From the IMG/VR virus record IMGVR_UViG_3300025018_000489, positions 1-26,025 of that record: a stretch of DNA of 26,025 nt. One strand, 5' to 3'. A program made the translations under genes and the position numbers. How positions within the stretch are numbered: the stretch's first letter is position 1; each line of letters begins with the position of its first letter. Below the pieces are notes generated by a model. The model saw only the letters and a list, made by a program, of their open reading frames with translations, ran no database searches and was not told where the DNA came from. This DNA comes from a virus (lineage: Duplodnaviria; Caudoviricetes). Of this stretch, positions 1 through 9,822 are shown piece by piece.

Positions 1-3000
1 TTTTAGGGGTAACTTTTTTAATTCCTATTTTACTTCCATAAATCTGGTTGATTGATTTTTTATCAGTTGGTTCAGCTCCAAGATATGAAGCAATAGACTT
101 CTTGAGTACAGCACTAGAATCCCTATTGTTGATAGAATCAAGCTTATCTTTTAATGAGTTGTAAGCAGTTAGTTTCTTTTTAGCAGCAGCCGAAGCAGCA
201 TTAGCCTGTCCTTTTTTGAAATCTCTATCAAGGTAGTATTCATTGGTTGCTGGGTCAAACTTAATAGCCTTGAGGTAATCTCTTTCAGAATCAGATAAAG
301 CACCTCTTTCATAAAGCTCATCAATTGTGGCGTTATCAACAATCTGTTTGTTTCCAACAAGTCTTCTTCCCTCTTCAAGTTGGTCTAGCCAGTCAGTTCT
401 CTTCATTGTGCTCAACATTTCTTCTTGTCGCATGGCTTTAACAGTTTTGTCATCTTTGGCTAATGTGTAGTATTCAACCTCTTCTTTAGGTATTCCAGAC
501 ATTTCAATTAATCTGTCTTTAGTTGGTTGGTCTAGTGTTTCACTATCAAAGATAGAGCCAAGTTTCTTAAATTGTTCAATGTTTTTAGCTTGTTTTTCAG
601 ATTCAGTAGATTCAGGCATCTTATTAACTTCGCCATAAAAGTATTCTTTAAGGTCTTCATCTTTAACCATTTCAGGGTCAGAGCCATATCCAGCATCAAT
701 AAAGGCTTTAATTTCACTCTTTGCATTGGCTTTTTCAGACTGTGAATAGTCTGGTGAAGTCAAAATATCAGCAATTGAGGTAGCAGGAGCTTTGTCTTTA
801 CCTCCACCGAATATGCTTTCAATAAAGCCTGGTTTTTCACCTTTACCAGTAGCATTGTCAATCTTCTGCTTATTAGTAACCTGTTTATTCATCTGTTGGT
901 CATAGTAAGCCTGTTGGTCTTCTTTGGGTAATCCCTTAAGGATTTTGGATTGAGTTGCGTTAAGAGTTGGATAAATACCATCTTTTTCAAGGTTCTTCCA
1001 TCTCTCATTGGCTTCTTTTTTGTTAGGAATAGCACCAGTACCAAACATCAAGGCTTGAGCCTTTTGAATTGGGTTCATATCACCAGCAACATAATTTACA
1101 TTACCTTTTTTAGAGGTAGCATAACCAGTCTGTAATACACCATCTCCCTTAATTGGGTTATATACATCAGAGGTCTTTGTTAGTTGGTTTCCAAGAGGTA
1201 CAAAGTTTCTAAATAAAACTGCTTTTTCTCTATCCATTAAAGAAGTTTGTTTCTCTCTCTCTTCAGGTGATAGTTTTGAATATTCAATAGCTTCACTAGC
1301 CATCTGCCAAGGCACAGTTATAACTGGTCCGAATCCCCCTGGTAATCCAGAGTTAGAGAGCCATCCTTTAGTACCATTAACAGCAACTCCAGTTACACCA
1401 GCTACAGCTCCAATTGCTCCAAGGTCAGCCAAGAAAAGACCAGCTATTTTCTTCATCTTTTCACCAACAGTCTTGTCTTTAGCAATCATGGTATCCCACT
1501 TTAAAACTTCATTCTTGAGTAGGTACTGGCTATATTGAAGCAAAGCTCCTGCTTTAGCATTATTCTTCATTAACTTTGGTGTCATGTCGGTATCAGCCAT
1601 GTGAGCAAGTCTTAGTTGCTCTCCCATGACAAATCTTTTTAACTCTTGACCCTCAAGACCCTTTTTAATTCCTGCATCTTCTAATGCAGACAAATAAGCA
1701 ATATTCTTCCAGTTTTCAGTAACCTCTAGCCCCTTAAATATGAACTTTTTAAATGAATCGTAGGCTTTATCTTTAAAAGCAGGTTCAGCCTGTACTTCTT
1801 TATAAATAGGATTTTGAGCTAAATTACCAGATATTTCTTTACCAGTTAGGTAGGTATCAGCCAATCTCTTTGATTCTTTAGGATTAAATGAACCCTGAAT
1901 ACCCTTAATAAATGAGCCAACACCATGTTCAGGAATAAGTCTAAATGTTTCAGTTGGTTGAGTAATAGCAGTTTTAATGTTTCCACCAATTTGAGCCATA
2001 GAAAATACTTCAGTTGCTCCTCTTAAAACCTTATCGGCTTGTTTTTCAAGAACTTTATTCTCTTTTAATTTGCTATCAATATAGAGGTTTATTCTTTGCT
2101 TAACTGCAGGGTCTTCATAATCATAGCTAGTTAGTTTGTTTATAAAGTTGTTTAAAGATGTTCTATATCCCATTGGTGAATCACCAGCTTGAGATAGTTT
2201 AAAATCAACAAAAGCTTGGTTTATATCAGCATTGGTTTTGTCTTTAAAGAACAGGGCATCACCACGAATCTCACTTTGGAGAGTATCAATTGCATTAATA
2301 ACAGCATTTTCTTGAGTTCTTTTCACTACTGGAAGTTTGGTTTCTTTACCAGCAAAAGAATCAACCTGCTTCATATAATCATGAGCTTCAGTTAGATAAT
2401 CTCTTGATTTGCCAAAATCAGTCTTCTCAATATGCTCTTTCATGACCTTATCGGCAGCTTCTCTTTGTTTCTTAACAAACTCTAAAACTTCATCCTCTTT
2501 TTCTTTAGGAATATTGTTGTCCTTGATTAGTTTGTTGGTTTGTTCAGCATCATAGTATTTCTCATTTAAGATAGCTATTTGTCCTTGTCTAAAGCCCTCT
2601 GGAGCAGTAGCCATATCTTCAGGTAGAATTAGGTTCTTTCTCTTTTGAGTTGGGTCAAAAGTGTTCCTATTCATCATTGAAATAAAGCCATCAGATTTGG
2701 TATCTACATCAGTTACATATTCAGACTTAACATTAGGTACATAGTTTTCTTTTAGCTTGTCTTCTGGAAGACCTTTCCATTTAACAGTTTCTTGACCTAA
2801 TTCCTTACTTTGGGTTTCTATCAGATTTTTAAGTTCTGGTGAAGCCTTGGTATTTCCAGCTAAAATAGCTTCAACTGTCTTTACTGAATCATCCAATCCC
2901 TCTTTCTTTAAGAGGTCAGATATTTTCTTTCTAGCAACATCACCAGCTTCAAGTTCGGCTTTTTTAAGGGCATTTTGTCTAGCTAATTCAGAACCAGTAA

Positions 3001-5179
3001 ACTCTGGTTTAGCTTCTACCTTTGGAGTTTCTACTTTGGGTTCAGGTTTAGTTAGAAAATCAGCAATATTCCTCATTTCTGGTTTTTCATCAATAACAAC
3101 TTTATCAATTACTTTTTCAAATTCAGTTTTAGGCTTAACTTCTGGTTGTGGAGCAAATTTAGCATCAATTCTTGCTAGTTCACCTGCATCTGGTTCAGGA
3201 GGTAGAGGTATATTTTTACCACCACCCATCTTTGCAGCTTGAGTAGGATATTGCATCTTTAAGATACCCCTTACATAAGCTTCTGCATTTTCAGGAGTAA
3301 CTTTAGCTTCATTAGCCAATTTAACTGCATAATCAATTTGGTCAGGTTTCCATCCCTCTGCCATCATCTTTTCAAACTTAATTGGAGAGCCTTTAACTGT
3401 GTAACCAGAACCAACCTCAACAGGAGCTTTACGATTAGCAAAAATATCAGAGATAGATTTGGTAGTTTCTGGCTTCTTATTGTTCTCTTTCATCCAGTCT
3501 ATTTCAGTTTTTGGAGCATCCACCTTAACATCTGGAGCTTTAGCATTAAACTCTGGCAACTTAAGGTTTTTAAGAGCATTTTGACCAGCTTCAGACTTAA
3601 TTCCACCAGCTACAGTTAAACCAAGTAGGGCTTTTTCAGGATTAAATCTACTTTGCCATTCACCATTTTCATCTTGATACATTTCAAAACCAGCAAGACC
3701 ACCCATCATCTGTTCTTTTCTCTCTTTATCAACTCTAATGAATCTACTTGGGTTTTCTGGGTCTTGTTTAAACTCAACATTACTCTTTACAGGAGGTGTT
3801 TCTGGTAAACCAACCCTTAAAAACTTATTAGGTGTATTTGGGTCTGTGCTTCTTACAAAATCCATTGGTATTTTTTTATCAGCTTTGGGCTCAAGCAAAC
3901 TATCAATACCTCTATTGTAAGAATTGGCTACTTTTTCATATTGATTACCAAAATATTTCTGAAGTTTTGTTTTAGGAGCTTTAGTATCAGCTATTTTCCC
4001 AAAAACATATTTATCAATTAATTTTCTACCACCCTCAAAAGCCTTATCATTACCAGTTAGGGCAGAACCAATCAACATAGATTGAGCAGCATCACCTTTT
4101 CCATACTCTTCTTGGTCAAGTTTGGCTAATAAAGCATCTTCCCCAACATTACCAAAACCACCAATAGCTCTTTGAACTAGATTTCTAGTAATTGGATTTT
4201 TGTTTAAAATCTTTAAGATTTGAGGAGCAGTTTTACCAATAACAGCATCAGATTTAAGAACTCTCTCAATTAAAGGATTAGTGAACAATGTAGTAATACC
4301 TGTGTAATTAAAGGCATCTGTAGCTCCCTCTGCAGCAGCATGAATATTCTCTTCTTCTGTTCCACCAGTAACTTTAGATAAACCTCCACCAAGCAAACTA
4401 CCAATAGTCATATTGACTGCAGCTTTAGGTAGTCCTGCATACATTGTAAGAGGTATTTCAGCAGTCTTAATGCCACCAGAAATTACATCTTTTTTACCTT
4501 TTGAGATTAGAGTATCTAACTTATCAAGTTGAGCAGGAATAGTGCTTTTTCTTGAAGTTAGTTTCTTAACAAAAGCATCAGCATCAGCATCTCTGCCCAT
4601 TTCTCTTAATTTTCTAACAGTAGCCATGCCTTTTTCAAACTCTTGTTGTTCAAGAGCCTGTTGTTGTTCAATTCTCTTCATTTCAATAGGAGCATTAACA
4701 GCATTACCAAGACCAGTACCAAACTGTTGAACACCTTTTCCAAGATTTATTGCAGTATCTTTAGCAACATGTAAAATTGGTGTTTTTTCAACATAATCAT
4801 TTGCAGGAGCTAATGGGGTAAACTTATTGCCACGAATAAAGCCCTTGTCATCACTTAGGGCATTATTAACATTAGTTTTAACAGAAGAACCATATCTTTT
4901 AATCTGGTCTAATCTGGAGTTAAGTTTTTCAGCAGCTTGAGTTTTGAAAGTAGGCTTTGGGGGCTCAATTACAGGGGCTTGATAAGGATTAACCCATGCT
5001 TTAGGTGTTTGTGATGGTAGTTGTTGGCTTCTTGGGATAGGAGAGATAAGTGGTTTATCTTGAACAAGTGGTCTGCCTGTCATTTGAGTAACAGGGGTAA
5101 ACTGTCCTTGACGAAACCATCCCTCATTATCGTTAAGTGATTTTTTGGCTTTATTGTATAAATCTTGAAGATAACCCAT
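1..5179 (-). CDS. Very large (>1726 aa, 3'-truncated by window edge) putative internal virion / DNA-ejection protein
   Basis: Not in the ORF track. ATG at 5179 gives MGYLQDLYNKAKKSLNDNEGWFRQGQFTP...; the same frame is stop-free in all stretches I translated and still open at the edge (...YGSKIGIKKVTPK). Helical, Lys/Ala-rich with Gly-rich hydrophobic segments. Follows tail genes, where podoviruses place ejection proteins. Function is inferred from size and synteny. Confidence 0.8.
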   Translation of the reverse strand, partial: MGYLQDLYNKAKKSLNDNEGWFRQGQFTPVTQMTGRPLVQDKPLISPIPRSQQLPSQTPKAWVNPYQAPVIEPPKPTFKTQAAEKLNSRLDQIKRYGSSVKTNVNNALSDDKGFIRGNKFTPLAPANDYVEKTPILHVAKDTAINLGKGVQQFGTGLGNAVNAPIEMKRIEQQQALEQQEFEKGMATVRKLREMGRDADADAFVKKLTSRKSTIPAQLDKLDTLISKGKKDVISGGIKTAEIPLTMYAGLPKAAVNMTIGSLLGGGLSKVTGGTEEENIHAAAEGATDAFNYTGITTLFTNPLIERVLKSDAVIGKTAPQILKILNKNPITRNLVQRAIGGFGNVGEDALLAKLDQEEYGKGDAAQSMLIGSALTGNDKAFEGGRKLIDKYVFGKIADTKAPKTKLQKYFGNQYEKVANSYNRGIDSLLEPKADKKIPMDFVRSTDPNTPNKFLRVGLPETPPVKSNVEFKQDPENPSRFIRVDKERKEQMMGGLAGFEMYQDENGEWQSRFNPEKALLGLTVAGGIKSEAGQNALKNLKLPEFNAKAPDVKVDAPKTEIDWMKENNKKPETTKSISDIFANRKAPVEVGSGYTVKGSPIKFEKMMAEGWKPDQIDYAVKLANEAKVTPENAEAYVRGILKMQYPTQAAKMGGGKNIPLPPEPDAGELARIDAKFAPQPEVKPKTEFEKVIDKVVIDEKPEMRNIADFLTKPEPKVETPKVEAKPEFTGSELARQNALKKAELEAGDVARKKISDLLKKEGLDDSVKTVEAILAGNTKASPELKNLIETQSKELGQETVKWKGLPEDKLKENYVPNVKSEYVTDVDTKSDGFISMMNRNTFDPTQKRKNLILPEDMATAPEGFRQGQIAILNEKYYDAEQTNKLIKDNNIPKEKEDEVLEFVKKQREAADKVMKEHIEKTDFGKSRDYLTEAHDYMKQVDSFAGKETKLPVVKRTQENAVINAIDTLQSEIRGDALFFKDKTNADINQAFVDFKLSQAGDSPMGYRTSLNNFINKLTSYDYEDPAVKQRINLYIDSKLKENKVLEKQADKVLRGATEVFSMAQIGGNIKTAITQPTETFRLIPEHGVGSFIKGIQGSFNPKESKRLADTYLTGKEISGNLAQNPIYKEVQAEPAFKDKAYDSFKKFIFKGLEVTENWKNIAYLSALEDAGIKKGLEGQELKRFVMGEQLRLAHMADTDMTPKLMKNNAKAGALLQYSQYLLKNEVLKWDTMIAKDKTVGEKMKKIAGLFLADLGAIGAVAGVTGVAVNGTKGWLSNSGLPGGFGPVITVPWQMASEAIEYSKLSPEEREKQTSLMDREKAVLFRNFVPLGNQLTKTSDVYNPIKGDGVLQTGYATSKKGNVNYVAGDMNPIQKAQALMFGTGAIPNKKEANERWKNLEKDGIYPTLNATQSKILKGLPKEDQQAYYDQQMNKQVTNKQKIDNATGKGEKPGFIESIFGGGKDKAPATSIADILTSPDYSQSEKANAKSEIKAFIDAGYGSDPEMVKDEDLKEYFYGEVNKMPESTESEKQAKNIEQFKKLGSIFDSETLDQPTKDRLIEMSGIPKEEVEYYTLAKDDKTVKAMRQEEMLSTMKRTDWLDQLEEGRRLVGNKQIVDNATIDELYERGALSDSERDYLKAIKFDPATNEYYLDRDFKKGQANAASAAAKKKLTAYNSLKDKLDSINNRDSSAVLKKSIASYLGAEPTDKKSINQIYGSKIGIKKVTPK

Positions 5180-5185
5180 ACCTTT

Positions 5186-5217
5186 ATCTTAAACTATTAC
5201 CGAGATTATGAGGTAAT
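5186..5217 (-). promoter_or_regulatory. Late-type promoter copy: ATTACCTCA-N17-TAAGAT-N6-ATG
   Basis: Minus-strand text ATTACCTCA TAATCTCGGTAATAGTT TAAGAT AAAGGT ATG(5179); same geometry as five other copies. Confidence 0.7.
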
Positions 5218-5233
5218 AAATTGCTGTCAGAAA

Positions 5234-6556
5234 CTAGGCGTAGGCTCTATTTAGGAAGTATTGATTTGGGTCTTCTTTTTTGTTGGTAGCTTTGAACTTG
5301 ATGGTGCTTAGAAGTGAGTTATTTTGTCCACCAGATGAATCCATTGGATTTGAAAAACCATTTCTAGCAACATTATTTGCATCAGCTATAAACTTATTTG
5401 CACTTGAATAGTTTTGTTGATTATCTAAGGTTGATTTAATAGGAGCTATAGCATCATATTTAGGTAAACTTGAACTTAAATTGCTGTAGGTATTTCCTTG
5501 AGTTGAGTACCCTTTGTTAGCCAAGGCATATTCTCTGATTTGATTTAAGGCACTATCAAGATTACTGTTAGCTTCAGCAATTGCAGCTTCAGAATCAATG
5601 TTGTAATTCTTTTGAAGCATATCAGCTTGAGCAATCTCATTATTATATTTCTCTAAAGCAGCTTGTTTAAGTTGGGCTTCTTCAGCCCCAATAGCTACAT
5701 CATTTTGAGCAAATTCAGTTGTAGTTGAGCTCTTTTGAGTACCAATAGCATTTCTCTTGTCAGCTTCTTCAATAGCAGTATCATTTAGGGTATTCATGCC
5801 CTGATTGGTAGTATCCCCTTGAGAATCAGAATAGAATGAAGAACCAAGAGTTCCCATAGCTCTACTTAACATACGATTACGAGTTAAAGCAGATTCCATA
5901 GCTCTTCTGGCATTACCAGACACTCTTCCATACATATTCTGTACTTGAGTATCTTGAAGACCAAGAGCTTCTAAGGCTTGTTGTAATTTTTCACCACTTA
6001 ATTGTTTTAATTGACCATAATTCTTTACAATTTCACCAGTTCCAAAATCATAACCAGATTTAGCCTGTCCTCTAAGCCTTTCAGCTTCTTGTTTCATCAT
6101 GTTTAATCTACCCATGATGGCATTTTTAGCAGCTTCATATCTTTCTTGAGCAATTTGAGCTTCAGATTTACCAGAACCTCCAGAACCACCACCTTGATTC
6201 AATAAATCCCATTCAGTTTGTTGAGATGGGTTTAAATCACCTTTATCAGCAATAGTTTTTAGTTCGTCATATCTTGAGGTTTGTTGAGGAGCAGCATTTA
6301 CATAACTTGGTTGGTCAGGTACTTGAGAAATATTTGGGTAATAAGTATTTGAACTTGATGCTAAATCAGTACCAAAACGAGGGTCATTTTGAACTGCAGT
6401 AACTCTTTGGTCAACAGGAATAATAGCAGAACCAGTAGCTTCAGCATTTTCAGACCAACCTGTTTCTGGTAATGGATTTCCCAAGAATGTGCCTACTGTA
6501 TCAACAGCTTTACCTGCACCTCCTAATAACGCTAATCTAATTTCTTCTAATGTCAT
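5234..6556 (-). CDS. Putative internal virion/ejection protein (coiled-coil, 440 aa)
   Basis: Long Ala/Gln/Asn-rich helical ORF with a GGGSGGSG linker, between the tail-tip genes and the giant ORF; function from synteny only. Confidence 0.6.
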   Translation of the reverse strand: MTLEEIRLALLGGAGKAVDTVGTFLGNPLPETGWSENAEATGSAIIPVDQRVTAVQNDPRFGTDLASSSNTYYPNISQVPDQPSYVNAAPQQTSRYDELKTIADKGDLNPSQQTEWDLLNQGGGSGGSGKSEAQIAQERYEAAKNAIMGRLNMMKQEAERLRGQAKSGYDFGTGEIVKNYGQLKQLSGEKLQQALEALGLQDTQVQNMYGRVSGNARRAMESALTRNRMLSRAMGTLGSSFYSDSQGDTTNQGMNTLNDTAIEEADKRNAIGTQKSSTTTEFAQNDVAIGAEEAQLKQAALEKYNNEIAQADMLQKNYNIDSEAAIAEANSNLDSALNQIREYALANKGYSTQGNTYSNLSSSLPKYDAIAPIKSTLDNQQNYSSANKFIADANNVARNGFSNPMDSSGGQNNSLLSTIKFKATNKKEDPNQYFLNRAYA

Positions 6557-6564
6557 ATATATTT

Positions 6565-6596
6565 ATCCTAAATCATTTTGTTAATAATAGGGTAAT
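6565..6596 (-). promoter_or_regulatory. Late-type promoter copy: ATTACCCTA-N17-TAGGAT-N8-ATG
   Basis: ATTACCCTA TTATTAACAAAATGATT TAGGAT AAATATAT ATG(6556). Confidence 0.75.
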
Positions 6597-6610
6597 TCTT
6601 TTTAATCAAA

Positions 6611-7381
6611 TTAAATCATTCCTGCATGAATAGCTTGTTTACAATCAGAAGTTAAATATCTAATAATAACTACCCCAGGTTGAGCTGTACTAGACCAACC
6701 ATTTGTAGCTGGAGGATAACCACCACAACCATAATCTGAAGCTGGGGTTACTCCAACTGAAGTACCATTAAATGCTCTTCCACCACCACCACCAGCACAA
6801 TAAGGTCTGGATGTTCCAGTAATATCATTACTTCTAGCAGCTCCACCATTTCCACCATTTAATCCACCATTTCCACCAGCTCCACCAGCACCACCACCTC
6901 CACCACCAGAATCTCTAGTATCTTGAGATGTACCAACTCCACCAGAATATCCATAACCACTACCAATATGAACACCACCAGAATAACCAGCATCACCAGC
7001 ACCACCAGAACCACCATTTTTACCATTTTGGTTATCACCTCCACCACCTCCACCACCTGTTGCTGTAGAGCCAAAAGCAGAAGAATCTCCACCATTACCA
7101 CCATCAGACCCACTAACTCCACCAACAACAATACTGTAAGTAGTTGCAGAAAAAACATAAGCTGGAACCTCAACCATTCCTCCACCACCACCACCTGCAG
7201 CAGTAATTACTGATTGAAACTCTCTTGATAACCATTGACCACCTGCAGCACAGATTAAAACTTCTAATGATTTGTTTGGTTGAACATAAGGAACTACAAA
7301 GTTTCCAGAAGAAGTAAACTTATGAACTGTATATAAGCCATCTGTAGTAATTGTTCCACCACTAGGTGCTGTAACTGCCAT
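6611..7381 (-). CDS. Glycine-rich tail-tip/adhesin-like protein (module B)
   Basis: N-terminus GGTITTDGLYTVHKFTSSGNF, multiple GGGGG runs, C-terminal GVVIIRY; paralogous to 8321..9820; directly follows fibre gene 7383..8276. Confidence 0.75.
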   Translation of the reverse strand: MAVTAPSGGTITTDGLYTVHKFTSSGNFVVPYVQPNKSLEVLICAAGGQWLSREFQSVITAAGGGGGGMVEVPAYVFSATTYSIVVGGVSGSDGGNGGDSSAFGSTATGGGGGGGDNQNGKNGGSGGAGDAGYSGGVHIGSGYGYSGGVGTSQDTRDSGGGGGGAGGAGGNGGLNGGNGGAARSNDITGTSRPYCAGGGGGRAFNGTSVGVTPASDYGCGGYPPATNGWSSTAQPGVVIIRYLTSDCKQAIHAGMI

Positions 7382-7382
7382 A

Positions 7383-8276
7383 TTATTGTGTACATTCCAT
7401 AGTAACTATTAATCCTACAGGAGAAGAAGCACTACTTACTGTAAGAGTAATTATATCTCCAGCAGTAATAGCATTATCAGTTATTGTAGTTTCAGTTGCC
7501 AATGCACTTGAGCAAGAAATTGCATCAATAGTTGTAGCTCCTTTTTTAATAGTAGCCACACAAGTTCCAGATGTTAATTTCCCATAGATTTTAGTAACAG
7601 TCATGTTTTGAGGGGCAATATAAGTAGCTCCACCAACACCATTTACAGAAGTACCATCCAAGTACCAACTAAAAGCTCTTGGATAAACAGGAGTTTCAGA
7701 GGGAACATCAGTTTGTAGTTGAAAATTAGTGCCATCATATACAACCACAACAACTTGACCTGCTTGAATATCACCAGTTGCAGGGTCAACATCTGCATCT
7801 ACTTTGATAGATTTAGCACCCAAACTGTTTAAATTAAGGGTACAAGCACCAGTATTTGCAGTATTAGCTTTAAAAGCCACCAACATTCCAGCAGTATAAG
7901 CAGTTGGAGCAACATCAAGTGAAACTACATAATCATCACTTGAGCCACCATCAATTCCATAAAGAATCTGGATTAATGATTCAGGGGTTGAAACTGCTGC
8001 AGAATATTGATTTACAAACTCTTCATTATTGAGAACTGTTACAGGCATCCCAGAATCTAAATCACCCTCATATCCTTTAAGACGAGAAACGCCAGTAAGA
8101 GAGTTAATTGTTTTTCCAGTTGCAATAAAGATTGTTTCTTTTGCAGTACCTTGAGCAACACATACAAGTGTTGGAACATTATCTGGTACTACATTTACTG
8201 AAATTGTAGATTGACCTGCAGTATAACTACTAGATAGGGTTGCCGAATATAAATCGTTTGCTAGATAAAATGCCAT
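7383..8276 (-). CDS. Tail fibre protein B
   Basis: N-terminal domain (YLAND...PDNVPTL...GVSR.KG...LNNEEFVNQY) and ANTGACTLNLNSLGAKSIK...YDGTNFQL segment shared with 11422..12582; the latter segment is common in phage tail fibres. Confidence 0.75.
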   Translation of the reverse strand: MAFYLANDLYSATLSSSYTAGQSTISVNVVPDNVPTLVCVAQGTAKETIFIATGKTINSLTGVSRLKGYEGDLDSGMPVTVLNNEEFVNQYSAAVSTPESLIQILYGIDGGSSDDYVVSLDVAPTAYTAGMLVAFKANTANTGACTLNLNSLGAKSIKVDADVDPATGDIQAGQVVVVVYDGTNFQLQTDVPSETPVYPRAFSWYLDGTSVNGVGGATYIAPQNMTVTKIYGKLTSGTCVATIKKGATTIDAISCSSALATETTITDNAITAGDIITLTVSSASSPVGLIVTMECTQ

Positions 8277-8284
8277 ATATCCTT

Positions 8285-8316
8285 AGTTTAGATTAATTTA
8301 TACATATTAGGGTAAT
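8285..8316 (-). promoter_or_regulatory. Late-type promoter copy: ATTACCCTA-N17-TAAACT-N8-ATG
   Basis: ATTACCCTA ATATGTATAAATTAATC TAAACT AAGGATAT ATG(8276). Confidence 0.75.
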
Positions 8317-8320
8317 GATT

Positions 8321-9820
8321 TTAAGAATAAAAACTAACCCCATTTCCTTTATTATAAAGATAAGTCTTTTCATCAGCAGTTAAAACTCTATTCCAAACAC
8401 CAACCTCATCAATAGTACCAATACATCCTTGAGTATTAGTGGCTGAACTATAATTTCCTATAATTCCGAATGGATAAGAATTATTATCAAAAGAAGAGTT
8501 TGAATCTAAATATAAACCATTATTTACATAGATTTTTTCATTAGTGCCAACTTTTTCACAAATAATAAAATACCAATTTCCAGTAACCATGGTTAAAGTA
8601 GATGGATAAAAAGCACCATTATAAAAACCAATTATTTTTGAAGTACCATTTATCAACACATGATGATAACTACCAAGGTTTCTACAAAATAAAGTATTCC
8701 AACTTCCAGCATTTGCTGTTCCATAATAATACCAACCAGCAATCGTAATTGTAGAGCCTGTTATAGGAGTAATTGATATATAGTCTGTTGCAGCATTATA
8801 AACAGCACCATTTCCAATTAAACCAGCACTATGAGTTATACTTGATTCTGTTCCATTATTTGAACTAACCAAATCAGTTGCATCACTTTCAAAATCCCAA
8901 TAATTCGTTAATCCATCAATAGGAAATAGTCTTCCAGTAAGATTTCCTGGTATGCGACATCTTCTGCATACTTTAGATAAATAATTTGTAGTTTTAGAAA
9001 TAAGACTTCCAGTTGTATAAGAAACAATAACTATACCAGAACCACCATTACCTCCAGCGTAAGCACCAGCACCTCCACCACCTCCACCACCTCCAGTATT
9101 TGCAGCAGCATTGGAAGCTGTGGCTGTTATTTTTCCAGCAGTTCCACCTCCAGCACTAGCACTTCCAACAGTTCCTCCAGTATGGTTACATCCTCCACCA
9201 CCACTAGCATAATATGTAGAAGTTCCTGATATTGAATACGCTACTCCAGCTCCACCATTTCCAGCAACACAAGCATTTGGTTCAGTAGAATTACCACCTG
9301 CTCCACCTGCACCACCACCACCTCCTCCACCCCAACTATATCTTCCACCCTCACCACCATTATTTCCTTGACCAGAAACTCCATTACCAGGAGCACCAAC
9401 AGCACCACCATCAGAGGGAGAAGCACCACCACCAGAACCACCATCTACACCAGGAAGTCCATAACAAGGAGAACCACAAAGTCTTGTACCTCCTCCTCCT
9501 CCTCCATAAGCAATTCTTGCATGAAAAACAGAGTTTTGTCCATTTGCACCAGGATTTCCAGAATTATAAGTAGCTTGACCAGCACCACCATTTCCAACAA
9601 CTACAGAATTAGAACCAAATACAGGATAAGCAGCATCATAAACAACACCTCCAGCTCCTCCTCCACCACCAAAAGCTCCACCTCCACCTCCACCAGCAAC
9701 TATTAATAGTTCAACATTAGCAGTAACTCCAGGTGGCATAACAAAGGTATCATTACTTGTAAAAGTATGAATTGTTTTACCTCCTGAATATGTTATTGTT
9801 CCACCTGTTGCATTTGCCAT
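8321..9820 (-). CDS. Glycine-rich tail-tip protein with C-terminal LamG/concanavalin-A-like lectin domain
   Basis: N-terminal polyglycine domain ending GGSGIVIVSY; C-terminal GLTNYWDFE...TIAGWYY...GNWYFI...IYVNN...GTIDEVGVWNRVLTADEKTYLYN is the Laminin_G_3 pattern. Confidence 0.85.
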   Translation of the reverse strand: MANATGGTITYSGGKTIHTFTSNDTFVMPPGVTANVELLIVAGGGGGGAFGGGGGAGGVVYDAAYPVFGSNSVVVGNGGAGQATYNSGNPGANGQNSVFHARIAYGGGGGGTRLCGSPCYGLPGVDGGSGGGASPSDGGAVGAPGNGVSGQGNNGGEGGRYSWGGGGGGGAGGAGGNSTEPNACVAGNGGAGVAYSISGTSTYYASGGGGCNHTGGTVGSASAGGGTAGKITATASNAAANTGGGGGGGGAGAYAGGNGGSGIVIVSYTTGSLISKTTNYLSKVCRRCRIPGNLTGRLFPIDGLTNYWDFESDATDLVSSNNGTESSITHSAGLIGNGAVYNAATDYISITPITGSTITIAGWYYYGTANAGSWNTLFCRNLGSYHHVLINGTSKIIGFYNGAFYPSTLTMVTGNWYFIICEKVGTNEKIYVNNGLYLDSNSSFDNNSYPFGIIGNYSSATNTQGCIGTIDEVGVWNRVLTADEKTYLYNKGNGVSFYS

Positions 9821-9822
9821 AT

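Noticed and set aside
5-13. GTTACCCCT at the left edge as a seventh promoter copy
   Set aside because: Degenerate, and its -10 region would lie outside the window; cannot be evaluated.
169-4730. Short track ORFs in 1-5 kb (both strands)
   Set aside because: Antisense or off-frame shadows of the single giant minus-strand ORF.
1-5233. Stop-codon reassignment as the explanation for the ORF-poor left 5 kb
   Set aside because: The frame is open under the standard code and merely lacks a stop inside the window; other genes end cleanly at TAA, TAG and TGA.
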